Source of the DNA: Macrostomum lignano
Lineage: Eukaryota
Reading direction: 5' to 3'
Assembly (NCBI GenBank): GCA_002269645.1
Contig: NIVC01001775.1
Location: forward strand, 21,324 to 85,323
Length of the DNA stretch: 64,000 nucleotides
The position numbers and the translations under genes were made by a program. Below, one piece after another: positions 10,864 through 23,334 of the stretch. Within the stretch, counting starts at the first letter, position 1; every line of letters begins with the position of its first letter. Below the pieces are notes generated by a model. That model saw only the letters and a list, made by a program, of their open reading frames with translations, did not search any database and was not told the origin of the DNA.

Positions 10864-11343
10864 GAGCTCGAAGTAGACGCTTCGCAGATTGCCCTTGGTG
10901 GTGTCCTGAGTCAACAAGGACGTCCTGTCTTGTACATCAGCAAACTTTTGTCATCATCGGAGCTCGAAGTAGACGCTTCGCAGATTGCCCTTGGTGGTGT
11001 CCTGAGTCAACAAGGACGTCCTGTCTTGTACATCAGCAAACTTTTGTCATCATCGGAGCTCGAAGTAGACGCTTCGCAGATTGCCCTTGGTGGTGTCCTG
11101 AGTCAACAGGGACGTCCTGTCTTGTACATCAGCAAACTTTTGTCATCATCGGAGCTCGAAGTAGACGCTTCGCAGATTGCCCTTGGTGGTGTCCTGAGTC
11201 AGCAAGGACGTCCTGTCGTGTACATCAGCAAACTTTTGTCATCATCGGAGCTCGAAGTAGACGCTTCGCAGATTGCCCTTGGTGGTGTCCTGAGTAAACA
11301 AGGACGTCCTGTCTTGTACATCAGCAAACTTTTGTCATCATCG
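10864..11343 (+). repeat. 5 x 96-bp in-frame tandem repeat inside the Gypsy RNase H domain
   Basis: ELEVDASQIALGGVLSQQGRPVLYISKLLSSS is repeated five times with period 96 (starts 10864, 10960, 11056, 11152, 11248). Confidence 0.95.
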
Positions 11344-12930
11344 GAGCGAAATTATTCACAAATAGAGCGAGAAGCGCTTGCGATAATATGGGGTGTTAGA
11401 AGATGTCATCGTTTTCTCTGTGGCAGAAAATTTAAGCTAATAACCGACCATCGACCTCTCGTTTACATCTTAGCCTGTGACAAAGAGCTACCATCGAGAG
11501 TGTCCGCAAGGCTGCAGAGATGGGCGATATTTCTCACGGCGTACGATTACGAGATCGAGTATCGAAAATCTAAAGCTATGGCATCTGACGCGCTCTCAAG
11601 ATTGGTTCCGCAAGGAAGAAGCGGTGAAACGCTAGAGATTGGTAACATTCACACGGTTTCAACTACAGTGTCTCTGGAAGAAATCAGGCTAGCAACGAAG
11701 CGCGCTTGCGGAATTCAGAAATGCGCTTGCTGAAGAGCGCTATAAAGACAGGAAGCTTCAAACACCCTAGGCTGCAACCTTTCAAAAATGTGCGAGAAGA
11801 ACTTTGTGTTCAGGACGATGTTATTCTTCGAGGCCACAGGATCATTATTCCAAAATCCTTACGCATGAAAGCGATTGCAGCAGTGCACGAAGTTCATTTG
11901 GGAATGTCCCGCACCAAGTCCTTGGCTCGTGCGGAGTTTTAGTGGCCAGCCATGGACAGCGATATCGAACGGACAGTCGGTTTGTGCCAGATCTTTAGGA
12001 CCGCAAAACCGCAAAATAGGAATTTTCGCTCCAGTTGGCCTGAAGCTGCGGGTCCTTGGGATCGTGTTCATATCGACTTTGCAGGACCGATCGACAACCA
12101 CTACATGCTCGTTCTGGTAGATTCGTACAGCGGGTATCCTGAAGTCCACGTCACCAAAGATATGACTTCTCGAACTGTCATTCAGTGCGTCAGAAGGACA
12201 TTTTCTCAGCTTGGAATTCCAAGGACACTTGTGTCAGATAACGGACCATGCTTTATCAGCAAGGAGTTTACGGAGTGGTTGGCAGGAATTGACTGTGAGC
12301 ACCTAACTATTGCAGCTTATCACCCACAAAGTAATGGGGTTGCAGAGCGTTTCGTACGCACGCTAAAAGAAAGCATCAAAGCAAATGGCTTCAGTCAAGA
12401 GTCTGTTGACCGCTTCTTGCTGTTTTATCGCGCATCAGACAACAAAGCGGGATCGTCACCAGCGGAACAGCTGCTGGGGCACAAGCTCAGGGTTCCGTTT
12501 ACCAAGAGGCAAGTTGGACTGGAGGATCCAGTTATCTACAAAAATGAGAGAGACAAGCCAATCACTGCAAAACTGCTTTTGCCTATCGGAAGGAGCATGG
12601 CCATGATCAAGACAGATGAACCGAACTCAAAGTATCGGAAGGTTCACTTGGATCAGCTACATCCGTACAGTCTAACCGGCGAGGAGCCCGCAGAAACCGA
12701 CAGAATGCCACCTGAAGCTGGCGAGCACCCGGCAGGGAGAAAACAAGAAGAGGAGCCTCCACAAAAAGAGGGGCTGCGTACACCTCCGATCCCTGAGGTT
12801 CCCGAGGATACTATTGAACCCAGGAGAAGCATGCGACTTTCGGAGAAACCCAAAGTTAACTATAAGTGCTAAAATTTGTTCCCCCGCATTAACTTAAAAA
12901 AAATTTTCTTTGCCATTGTAAGGGGGGAGA

Positions 12931-13120
12931 TGTTGGGTGTGGCCATAGACGACTCCGTCGCACACACACCCAGCCATAAGCTAAAGAAGCGATGCTTCAA
13001 GCTTGGAAAATAAAAAGAACGTTACGAACATGAAATAAGACGCTCGGCTAAGAGTGCAACTTTTAACTTGACCTTGTTGATCTTGACCCACTGTCTTCCG
13101 CTAGAGAAGAAGACATAACA
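12931..13120 (+). repeat. 3' LTR of the Gypsy element (190 bp)
   Basis: TGTTG...TAACA termini. Preceded by polypurine tract AAGGGGGGAGA (12920-12930) and followed directly by piggyBac coding sequence. Confidence 0.85.
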
Positions 13121-14982
13121 GTTGCCAGAATGGCAGTAACAAATCCAAGCATTGCGCAACAACTGAAGCAAAATATGAAACCCGAGCTTCTGGTGCCACC
13201 TGTGCGTCCTTCTTCCTGCACTGTAGGGTTGTAGCGCTGCGTCAAGGCGATCGACGCCTCCCATACTCTTGTTGTACTGCAGTACTGAGTTGGGCTTCAA
13301 AACTGTCTCCACTACGCCACCTCGAATTACTCGCCTCACTTCCGTGCTTCCAGCAACGCCGTGGGTGTCCAAAAGGTAGACAGTTTTGCGACCACTGGCC
13401 TTTCTGTCAACGACCTTGACGGCAAGAGCATTGCCTCGGCGCACGTGAGAGTGACTTATGGGTTGCAGTGCCAGCACCTTTAGCTCGTTGGGGATGCCTC
13501 GGTCGACTCTCACGGTTCCTGTCAGCATGGTATTACGTTCGAGCAGAAACTGAGCTAGGCGAAGCGACGTGAACCAGCTGTCAATAGATCCGGTAGCCCA
13601 AGCCCAGCAAGTCCTTGCTTAGCTCGACAACAATCTTTTCACTGAAAGATAAATTCCCGCAGTTCACTCATTCTCCAAACCTGTCGTTGTCCTGCTTGAC
13701 AGCATGCACACGGAAGTTCCACAGAAATCCGGTGGAAGCCTCTGTGAGACAGTAGACCTTTATGCCGAACCTGGCGCGCTTTTTGGGCATGAACTGTCGG
13801 AAAATGAGTCTGCCTTTGTACATGACCAACTCTTCATCTACTGAAACGTCCTGATTCGGGCAGTAGTTGGCTTGGCAAATACCACGCGCAATGTCTAAAA
13901 AAGGCCTGATTTTCTTCAGGGAATCCTGGTGATTATTTACTGCGGTGCAGTCGTAGAATCGGAGGAATGACAAGAGCTGAATGAACCGATCCCTTCCGAG
14001 GCAATGATCTTTTTGAAAATATTTACCACCGTAGAAATCGCAAGTCGACCAATACATGTGCAATTCGGGCTTCTTCACTAGACCCATGTACAGGACGATG
14101 GCGAGACATTTCCTCACTTCGTTGTCTGTGCATGGTCTCCAAGATGATAGTAAGGGGGAAGAGGTTCATCAGCCTCAATTGCAATGTTTTGGAGCTCGAA
14201 ATCAGCTCGAGCATTGGTCCAAAATCGAATGGCAGACACCAGATCAGAGGTAATAAAGTGCTGGAGGAAGAATTCGATCCGAGCCATTGTGTTATCCGGC
14301 GCTTGGGCTAATAGATCCGGGTTCAGAACGGGCACTCCGAGGAATTCTGGCGCATCCCGGAGACGCGAGTCTTCACCCTCCTGAACGAAATTCCATCCAT
14401 TTTCAATCAAAGCTTCTTCTACCTGAGAGCCTTCCACGTCACTCTGTCCATCTTCTTCATCCACCTCGCCATCAATGCTTGCGTACTCGCTGGCGCTGTT
14501 ATCACTGGTCAAAGCCGGTGAGTCGTAAAGAAAGGCAACGGCATTCTCATGAAAGTTGCTAGCCATTTATACTTGTCTCGAAGGATTTGATTAGAACCGG
14601 GATTGAAGGCAGTAATAAGGTAGCCTAGGGACACAAAAATGTATGAGTTATAAAATCGTAAAGTTCTACTCCAGAGAGTCAATCAGTGGAGCTTGGTTCT
14701 TGAAAAAATACTGTAAAAGAAAAGCAAGAGGGGTCGATATTGGCCATAGACAGTCTCCAGGATAGGGCTGCGTAAATGACTCGATTGATGGAAAAAGAAG
14801 CTGCCAAGTTAGCCAGTCTGTGCTAATAGTTTATGTAATTAGCCGTTTGCTGACACAGTGCTCATTGACAGTGGGGAATTGGGGAATTGCTCATTGACAA
14901 TTTGATAAGCCATGGCACGCCTAGCGTGCCATCCGTTGATTGAGACTGTGTGGCTATAGAAGCCCCGTGGACTAGTGGTTAA

Positions 14983-15750
14983 GCGCCAATGCCGAAATGG
15001 TTCTGCGAGTTTTCGTTTCACCAAACTATTCCATGCGATGCTTTCGGTTAAACTCACCAGTTGCGGTTCGAGATCTGCTTGGATTTCAACCAACATTAAA
15101 GTATTGGTCGCAACTTAAAGCTATCATAAATCGTTGTAAAAACTCTACAGTGGACGTCGAAAGTGAGGTGAGGGCATTATCTAAGAACCTTTCTATTGCC
15201 TTTAACCACGATGGAGTTGTACCGGACACATCGGTTACATTCATCCTGAAGCTACTCGAGTTCTCCACAACGCACCCAAACAATCGACGATACGACATTG
15301 CCACTATGCGCCAATCTGCTTTGCTTTACCTGATTAGCAGTTCTGCATACGCGCATGCACAGATAATGCACAGCATAATAATAACATTTCAGGCTACATA
15401 ACGTTTAAGGAGAAAATTGCCGGTGAAGATCCTGCCGAAAGTTTAAACACCCCACTCGGTGAATTCACTGAAATGATTTCCCGGGGAAAGTTGAAGCACC
15501 CGCCAAAGTGGCTGTTCAATTTTGCTTGCCTCTGTTTTGGATGCTTCATTTCGCTGCGATCACCGTAATGTGCTTTGCGAGTGCGGAAATTGTTTCCTGC
15601 CGTTGGCGAGTTTTACTTCCCTGAAGCAGATGTTCTGGGATGATGCGTGCGCCTCACCAACTGTTTCTTCAAGGGTTATGTTCAACGAGGAGCAAAGAGC
15701 GCTCCTTCGCCGGATAAAGTGCACGATAGAAAAATACTGAAGCTGAGTGG
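14983..15750 (+). pseudogene. P/THAP transposase continuation with the catalytic core deleted
   Basis: After removing the piggyBac the frame continues (…FSL-SANAEMVLRVF…) to LLYLISSSAYAH, then jumps to the C-terminal EFTEMISRGKLKHPPKW. The central RNase H-like core is not visible. Confidence 0.65.
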
Positions 15751-18700
15751 ACAGTGAGCGAACCTGGAGCAAACAATTCACTATTTATCATAGTCAGCTC
15801 TTGTCCCGTTCTGTGACTGTTATTTTCCTCTCTGTTTGTAGTTCAGATGAAGAAAGAATCGTAAATTTTTCTCGAGTTTCCTTATACATGTGCTGCATGT
15901 ACAGCCTTCCCATTGTATATTTTCACGACGTTTACTTTATGTAATAAAACTATTCAACATTTAAGAAAGCCGAACCTGCACCCGCCTTCTGACTGCCTAT
16001 CAAAAAGTCAAATATGATACGAGTATACATTGGCAACTGAAAGCATGCGCATGCGGATGGGCCATAGAACAATGCTTTTAAACGAGCCTCATACTTTTTT
16101 CGCCATGAATTGGCTCGTTTCCGGTTTCCCGTTTCCATCCTGAGTTATCAAGTTGTCCTTGGAGTGAGCTTAATTAATAGTTTCATAGCTTTAGAGCTGA
16201 GCCATGGCTGCAATTATTAACTCTACCATAGCACCTCCACTAATTGACTTTAACTACTGCTCTATAAGCGGTTGTACAACGGACGCGCTGGCAATTGTGT
16301 CAACGGAGAGCAAGCTGGAAAGAGAGAGCGAAGAAGTGCTGGCTTTCTCTAGAGAAGCGTATACTTCTAGAAGCGTATAGAAGCGTATACTCTAGTTTAC
16401 TGGCATTAAAAAAATCTTATAAATTCTGCTTCCCAACATCAACTGCAACAATATTCCGTTTGTATTTGATGAAACCAAAACAGCATTCCGAACAGATTTG
16501 GTTGCTTAAAAAACTTGGCGGAGAAAATTTGCTTCTGACTTTCGTTGATGCCGGCTGCTTAGATAGTCTGTAGCCGCAGCCTCCGCCACCCGATCCGCGG
16601 CATCGACAGATCAACTAACTAACGTCTCTTTTGAATTCGATTCTACGTCTGAACAGAACAAATAAATTGTTAGTCTAAGTTTATCAAAGCGAAAGCTTTG
16701 CTAGCTGGAAGCTTAATTTGTTGACAACAACTGGTTACGATGGTTTTCAATTGTGTTCTTAGTCTCTTCATGGCAGCGTCATTATCGAATGTACACTATC
16801 ACCGGCTTCAGTCGGTAGCAGTAGATTAAAGTGGCGCTTTGTCCGATACCAGCACAGGGAGCAGACCGCAGGGCAGAGACGCTACCAAGAGAGCTAGGAT
16901 AGAATTAGTGTATAATAGAGACCATGCAGGGTTCCTATCCATGATGCTATTTATATTGGTTCTGAACTCTTTGCATGAAATGCGGTTTAAATTTAAAATG
17001 AGAGTGTGTTGGAGTGCAGTTTTTGGAGACTCCTCAAAGTAAGGTAAATTTATTAAATTCAGTGTAAGAGATACTGAAGTACTTTTTTAAGTGCAGCCAA
17101 AAATCAAAATTCACGCAGGCTGAAAATGCTACTTTATAGTTTTTGGCCCAACGTAATATTGAAATAAAAAATTACAATCTATTATAATAGTTTAAGTTTG
17201 TCACGGTTTTGTAGGTACTTTTTGTTGGGTTGATGAGTTGTATAGCGGTCTATCAGGATTAGATGATCATTAATATCATGTCGAATTACAGGGGAGCTGT
17301 CGAAGCATTGTCGAAGAACTGCAAAGTATATTCAATATATTTAGCTATTGGCAAATTAGAGCCAGCACAAAGCCAAGAGCGCGCGACGAGCGACAATTAA
17401 TTTAATTTTGATTAATTTTGCAGACAAAACAGCTTGAGGGAAATTCAAAACCTTTTTATAGTTACGATGTAGAAGAACTCAAACCGTTGCAGTTCAACCA
17501 TTGTTTGCCTTTATTCCAGTAATATGTTTTATATCATACATTCAGTACATGTGCATTCCATGGTGCAAGTACATAAGTACATGAGATTTATATGTTAATA
17601 CATGTAAATTATATTTATTCTTCTTGACGCAATGCTTCTACGGACCTTCTTTAAATCGGAGTTGAACTGCACCAGTTTTTGGGCTAGTTATGCCTGCTAA
17701 AAACTTCAGTGGTATTTTTTGGCAGCTTTTTGCTTTTTGCTTGTACTTTCTGCCTTCAATTGTTCATCTAGCTGAATATACATTCCGGCAGCCATCAAGC
17801 ATTAACAAAAATGCCATTGCTGTTAGCTTAATTTGCAAAATTTATTATTATGTGCTTTAATTATTACAAAATAACTTTATTTATAACTGTGAATCTGTAT
17901 TCTTTATATTTCAGTATTTTCGTGAGAGTCATTAACTAACGCCCAGCGCCCTAATTTGACAACGACAACTTTTCTTGTGAAAATTATAAAAAAAATAATA
18001 TGCGTATTGGGTCGTTCTCAAAGCTAGGTCACAACTTTTTGTTATTGCAAAAAAAGTTTATACATCGACCAATAATCGTACAAAAAAAATTCTTTCGACA
18101 ATTTCTGTAAGAAGCTGCTACTAAAACCACAAGAAAACTTGAAATTGAGAAGAAATCAAGGCTATTTGTTATTCTTTGTTGCGGAAAATAAACGACAAAA
18201 ATATTAAACAGAAAATAAAATGTTCTTCCATTTTTATTTTAAATATGCAGTTAAATTTCTTTTGCAAAAATAAAAGAACAAGAAATTGACAAAGGAAATG
18301 TTTTTGAGCACAGCATTTTGTTACTCTGCTCTAAATCCCAGACATTTAAAATTATCGTGTGCGAAAAAGTGCGAAATTATTATAGCATGCACTCGAAAGA
18401 ACTTCGATCAGTTTAACTAATCACTGAATTAAGAAGTCTAAATAAGTCTTGAAAGGTTGAATTAAAAATCAAGTTTTCACTATGTATCTTTTCAAAGGCA
18501 AGATGATTCGACAAATAAAGAATGTTCATTTTTACCTTGAATAGAATTGTTCATTTTTACATTAAATATAATAAAATCTAACTAATAATAGAAAAAGTCA
18601 GGGAACTATCCTTGAAAACCAAAAAGCAAATTGTGGATTTAATATCGACTGCATGTTCCTTAATAAAGGAATTCGGATACTAGTATATATTTGATTATTT

Positions 18701-21700
18701 GTAGCATAATTTCTGAAAACTATAACTTGCTTGATTTTACTTTAAGTACTCATTACATTAATACTTATACCAAAGCTACATGTACTTAAAATAAAAAATT
18801 ATGGTTACTTATTAGACATTTTACTCCAATTAACTTAAAATAATTCAAATTTATTTTTATTAATTCATTTTTTGAAACTTTTTGGAAAATAGACAAAATT
18901 GAATTATTTAATTACCAAAAACCTACTAGCTTAACTGAAATAGCAATTAGTCTTTAAGAAAAGATTTCACTTGTTAATTGAGAAAAATGAGGATGTGCGA
19001 GGTGTAAAAATGCGAAAGAGCATGCAGGAAACAGAGACAAACAAAAATGTAGGTAAAAGACACTGCACATGCACATAATATGATAACCAGACATAATGCG
19101 CACACTGAAACACCAGTAGCAATGACGCCCAAGCTTTTGATGATCACAAGCGAAAAGGCAAAACCCAGCCATCAATCAAAGAAGTAGACTTTAGCACGCA
19201 TCTTGAGTGCATCACGCATTTTTTGCAGAGAAGCTCGAAAATTAACATTTATTCTGTGCACAACCACCAACTGCGACAGGGTCTGCCAGGGGATTTGTGG
19301 GCACGCGGTCGCGGATACAAATCGGAGGAGTCGCTGACCATTCTGAAATTACAAGCTAGTACATGTAATTTTGTGTATTAATATATTTAGCCCGCTTTAT
19401 TTCTATGCTCTCGTCCGCCTCTCGTTAATGCATCCCCAGACTCATGCAGTAATCAAACTTATGATCGAACTATGCATGGCTTCCGTCCCTCGCTTTGAAT
19501 CTCTCACCTCCCCATAGTTCCATCAACCTTACCGTAGTGGCTTCCTATGCAAAAATCATCCCTCCGCATCTTACACAGGCTACTTCAGGCTGTAGACTGT
19601 ACTACACTATTAATTAGTTGCGCTAAGGAATCTACATGTATTTGCTCGCAGCGCAGCGCGCTGCTCAAATAAGTTTAGATCTATCTAGATATTCTAGTAA
19701 TTTCAGGTTTGTCCATAGACTAGAGCTCATGAGATGAGAATTCAATAAACTAGTACATTTAATATGAATGAACTGCGTGTGTGTGTGCTGTGCATACATA
19801 TGTATAATATACGAGTAGTTTATGGGCCAAATTATTGTGTGGCACAATTCTTGGCATCACTCAGCAGGCACAAGATGCAGTTAAGCAGCGCACGAAAATT
19901 CTACAAAAGAAATTGAGCCTGGTTGAGATGATGCGAGGAGGCAGATCCACACAATCTCAGTGAATACACCAGACTGCACCAGATACGAGTCCAGTCGAAT
20001 GTGCGCACTGGTCTAAGCAGCACACGCATGTCCTCCTGACAATGACGGCACCTAGCTTCGTCCAAGCCTTTGCCAGCGTCACTGACAGCGTCAATACTAC
20101 CATGCAGTGCCACCTGCAGCACCGACAACGGCAATTCCTCCAGTTAGCCCACAACAGTGGCTAAACTGAGGGACAGGGAACCTACCCGCAGAAGACACAC
20201 ACATACACACACAGCACCGGCAGCAGCACTCTGACAGCATAACCTAAAGCTCCATGAGCTCAGTTTTCAAGCATTGAAGAAGCAGAAGCAGTCATCTTGG
20301 ATCCAGGGATCAGGAAGAGTGTTGCATGTCCGACATGTGCTGTTTCCGTGGCAAAAGGTGATGGAGCAAATTAATCAACACTTACTATCTAGCTCGTATT
20401 AAGACTAAAAAACTGAGGCAAGCTGGGATTAAACCAAAGAAAATTTTTTACTATACTTTTTTACCATATACTTTTACTATACTTCTATAGTATAGTAGAG
20501 AGGTACTCTATTTAAATGCAGTAAGAAGTGAAACAAACTTATATATTTAATTATAAAATTAAATTAATTCAAGGTAAATAACTAATTTAACCAATTTATT
20601 AGGAGTATTTAATATTACAATAAATTGATTTTTATACCTTACACGAAATAAGCTCTACATTCATTTCTTAGCTTGGGGCCCATCTGTATAAGGTCAGTTT
20701 CTTCAAAATGCTGATTAATTAATTAAGGCCTGTTGTCTTTACTTAAATTTATAAGGGCATCTTAGAAGTTAATATTACTATATAATACATGTATAATATT
20801 ATTACTGTATTATAATAATATAGTTGCAATTTTAATGACTATTGAATAAGTCTAAATGCTTCCCCTATTGACTCTAAATACATGGTATCTTTCCCTTCAG
20901 AAAAAATTAGCATAGAATGACTTGATGAAAACAAAAAAAAATCATTTCGAGATACACATTTGCTGATCATTCAGGTCAAATTTCAAGGTCCAGTTTTGCA
21001 CATGTTTCTCTGTAGCTTGGTTACAAGGATTCTAATAAAAATATAATAAATATGTCCAATGAACTAACTGATACATAGCCAAATTGAAGTATTTTCAAAA
21101 ACAAAAAAAATCATTTGCTCAGTTTACTTTACTGGATATCTGTGTAAAATTTCAGCTCAAAAGGTGCTCCATGGAGAATGCTAGTGTGGTTACAGGATAT
21201 TTATTTTGTGCTTCAAAGTAGGAGTTTATTGCGATGCATGGTTGCTTTTAATTATTTTTATCAACAATAGTGCTCTATTTCATAACAATTTTTTACAAAA
21301 AGATAATAAGACATGTTTTTCTAATTATCTGCATCAAAATGTATCATTTTAAGCGCACATTCTAGACGTCAGCTGAAAAATACATTTTGTGAGATGAGAA
21401 GAGGCTATCCCACCGGAAATGCTAGGCGTACAGTTAAGCGTCTATAAAATAATTTATAGTGCAGTTTATTAAGCTTTAAAAAAATCTTAAATTAAATTTA
21501 TATAAGCTTTCATTTTAAATGTAATATAGCAAGGTTTCAACACAACAACAACTTTTTTTAGCTACAGACATCTTGTAGTATCAAAAATTAACATCGGTGA
21601 AATGATTGAATTTGAATTTTTTCATCGCTAATTATCGCTTAATACCGCCAGATGATTAAAAACACTTTTGCATGATAAAGTTCAACCCAAAAGTTATCTT

Positions 21701-22951
21701 TATTCACAGATAAAAGTGTCCTATTATTTTAAATATGGCAGTAACAATAGTAAATGTTCGGAAAATTGTTAAAATTTTTGCTCCTCCTAGAATTTGCGAA
21801 CGACCCGTTTTTGCACTGCTCTGCGTTGTCACTCTGACCTGCGGCACTACTATATTTTAGGACGAACCCGAATATTTAATATTTATAAATATCTAGTATT
21901 AGTAATAGGTTAATAAATCGTGGTTTTAAAAAATATAATATTTACTTATTTGCTTCATAATTCAAATCGCTAAAGTAAAGTTTATCTAAAAATCTAACCT
22001 GTCCATGACTGTGATCCATCATTACCAATCACTATATATCAGTATCCATGACATCATAGCTCGCGACTAAGAATATTGGTTTTTCAAATGGTCTTGACCT
22101 TTTTTAACTTGAATTTTATATGACTATAATATATTCAATATTTTTTAGCTCTGTTTGGTTTAGCTAGTTTAGGCCTGTCATCTAATTATAATAAAAATAT
22201 TATATATAATATATATAAAATACTATAATACTAATATATAATTACACTATAATAATACTATAATTAATACTATACTAGGTAATATATCATTTTGCTATAC
22301 ACCATGTAGGCTATGCTATAGCTATACTATATTATATTACTATGCTATGCATTGCCCAAATGGCCAAATTCACACCAATGCATGCCAACTTTTTTCATCC
22401 AAACTGAATACATGTTAATAAAATCTAGTGTAGATAGTCTTGTAGAATGTGAAATAGATGCATGGCAAAAAATTTTAGTAATATTTAGCAAACTGCTTAA
22501 TATTATGTAGCAAAAAACTTAGCTTTCTTAGGCTCTTGTTTAGCTTTGACAAATTGAGTAATATCAGATGTAAAATCTTTTTTATTAGATATATTAGTCT
22601 TAAAACTAGTATTGCCTAATTTGTTGTATTAACTTTTCAAATATCAATCAATATTTATATTTTGATTGATTTGATATCTAGAAAGTGTTCTGCAGTTTTT
22701 TTCAAATTTAAAATAGGTCCTTCATATATAAATTTAGTGTTTAAGCTTTATATTTGCTTTGCTTAAAATGTGCACTTTGAAATTTTTTAAAATTGTTTAT
22801 CTTCTATCAATTTGTCAAAGAATATCTAATTAGTATTCTTGTAGAATGTACTTACCTGCAACCTAGATACAGATATTTACCAGTAGTTGTCAAGCAATAG
22901 CAAGTGAACCAATTGACTAAAAAATAATTGCTAAAAACTACAGTGACTAGC

Positions 22952-23334
22952 ATGTCCAACAGTTATGAACCAATTCGCCGCATAGGCGAAGGTGCTTATG
23001 GCAAAGCCATTCTTGTCCGCAAAAAGTCAAACAACCAGCGCTGCGTGATCAAGGAGGTGATGCTCAGCAGGATGCGCTCACAAAGGGAACGGGAGTCGGC
23101 TAAGCAAGAGGTTGAGTTACTCAAACAGTTTGACCATCCTAGCATTGTGCGCTATTTGGATTCCTTTATCGAGGCTGGCTCGCTGCACATCGTTATGGAA
23201 TTCTGCGATGGAGGCGATCTGAGCTCGAAAATTAGCGCCCAGCGATCACCCTTCCCAGAGGAGCAGGTGGTGGAATGGTTTGCCCAGATGTGCCTGGCCC
23301 TGAAGTATGTTCACGATAAGCATGTCATTCACAG
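22952..23334 (+). CDS. NEK1: NEK1-like exon 1 (kinase N-lobe)
   Basis: ATG at 22952 (MSNSYEPIRRIGEGAYG). Ends CACAG|GTGAGT, phase 2. Confidence 0.9.

Larger units (their letters stand above)
9545..13120 (+). mobile_element. Ty3/Gypsy LTR retrotransposon, 5'-truncated (no gag, no 5' LTR), pol disrupted
   Basis: Domain order PR (LDTGA), RT (WASPVVVV, CVDYK, YMDDILI), RNase H (DAS..ALGGVL, YSQIEREALAI), IN (HEVH..C..C, VHIDFAGP, SDNGPCF, HPQSNGVAERFV). Stops at 10473 and 11942. PPT and 3' LTR present. Confidence 0.92.
9251..14566 (-). pseudogene. piggyBac transposase, frameshifted and split by the Gypsy insertion (segments 14566-13121 and ~9540-9251)
   Basis: Acidic N-terminus. Catalytic-region motifs VSVDEELVMYKGR..FRQFMPKKRARFGIK, DSWFTS and YNKSMGGVD. 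C-terminal Cys-rich domain CRIC...CDAC...LC...CF..WH. One stop and at least two frameshifts. Confidence 0.88.
8700..14978 (-). mobile_element. piggyBac DNA transposon interrupted by a Gypsy element
   Basis: TTAA at 8696-8699 and 14979-14982. Ends CCCTCTCTTCACGG and rc CCACTAGTCCACGG. Subterminal inverted motif ACGGATGGCAYGC..GCGTRCCA at both ends. Transposase on the minus strand. Confidence 0.88.
7891..16161 (+). mobile_element. P-element-superfamily (THAP) DNA transposon, internally deleted, carrying nested piggyBac and Gypsy insertions
   Basis: TIRs start CAAGGACAACTTGATAACTCAGGA (7891-7984; inverse at 16055-16161 with a 13-bp insertion). Perfect 8-bp TSD GAGTGAGC at 7883-7890 and 16162-16169. 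THAP domain near the left end and SRGKLKHP C-terminal motif near 15480-15502. Confidence 0.9.
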
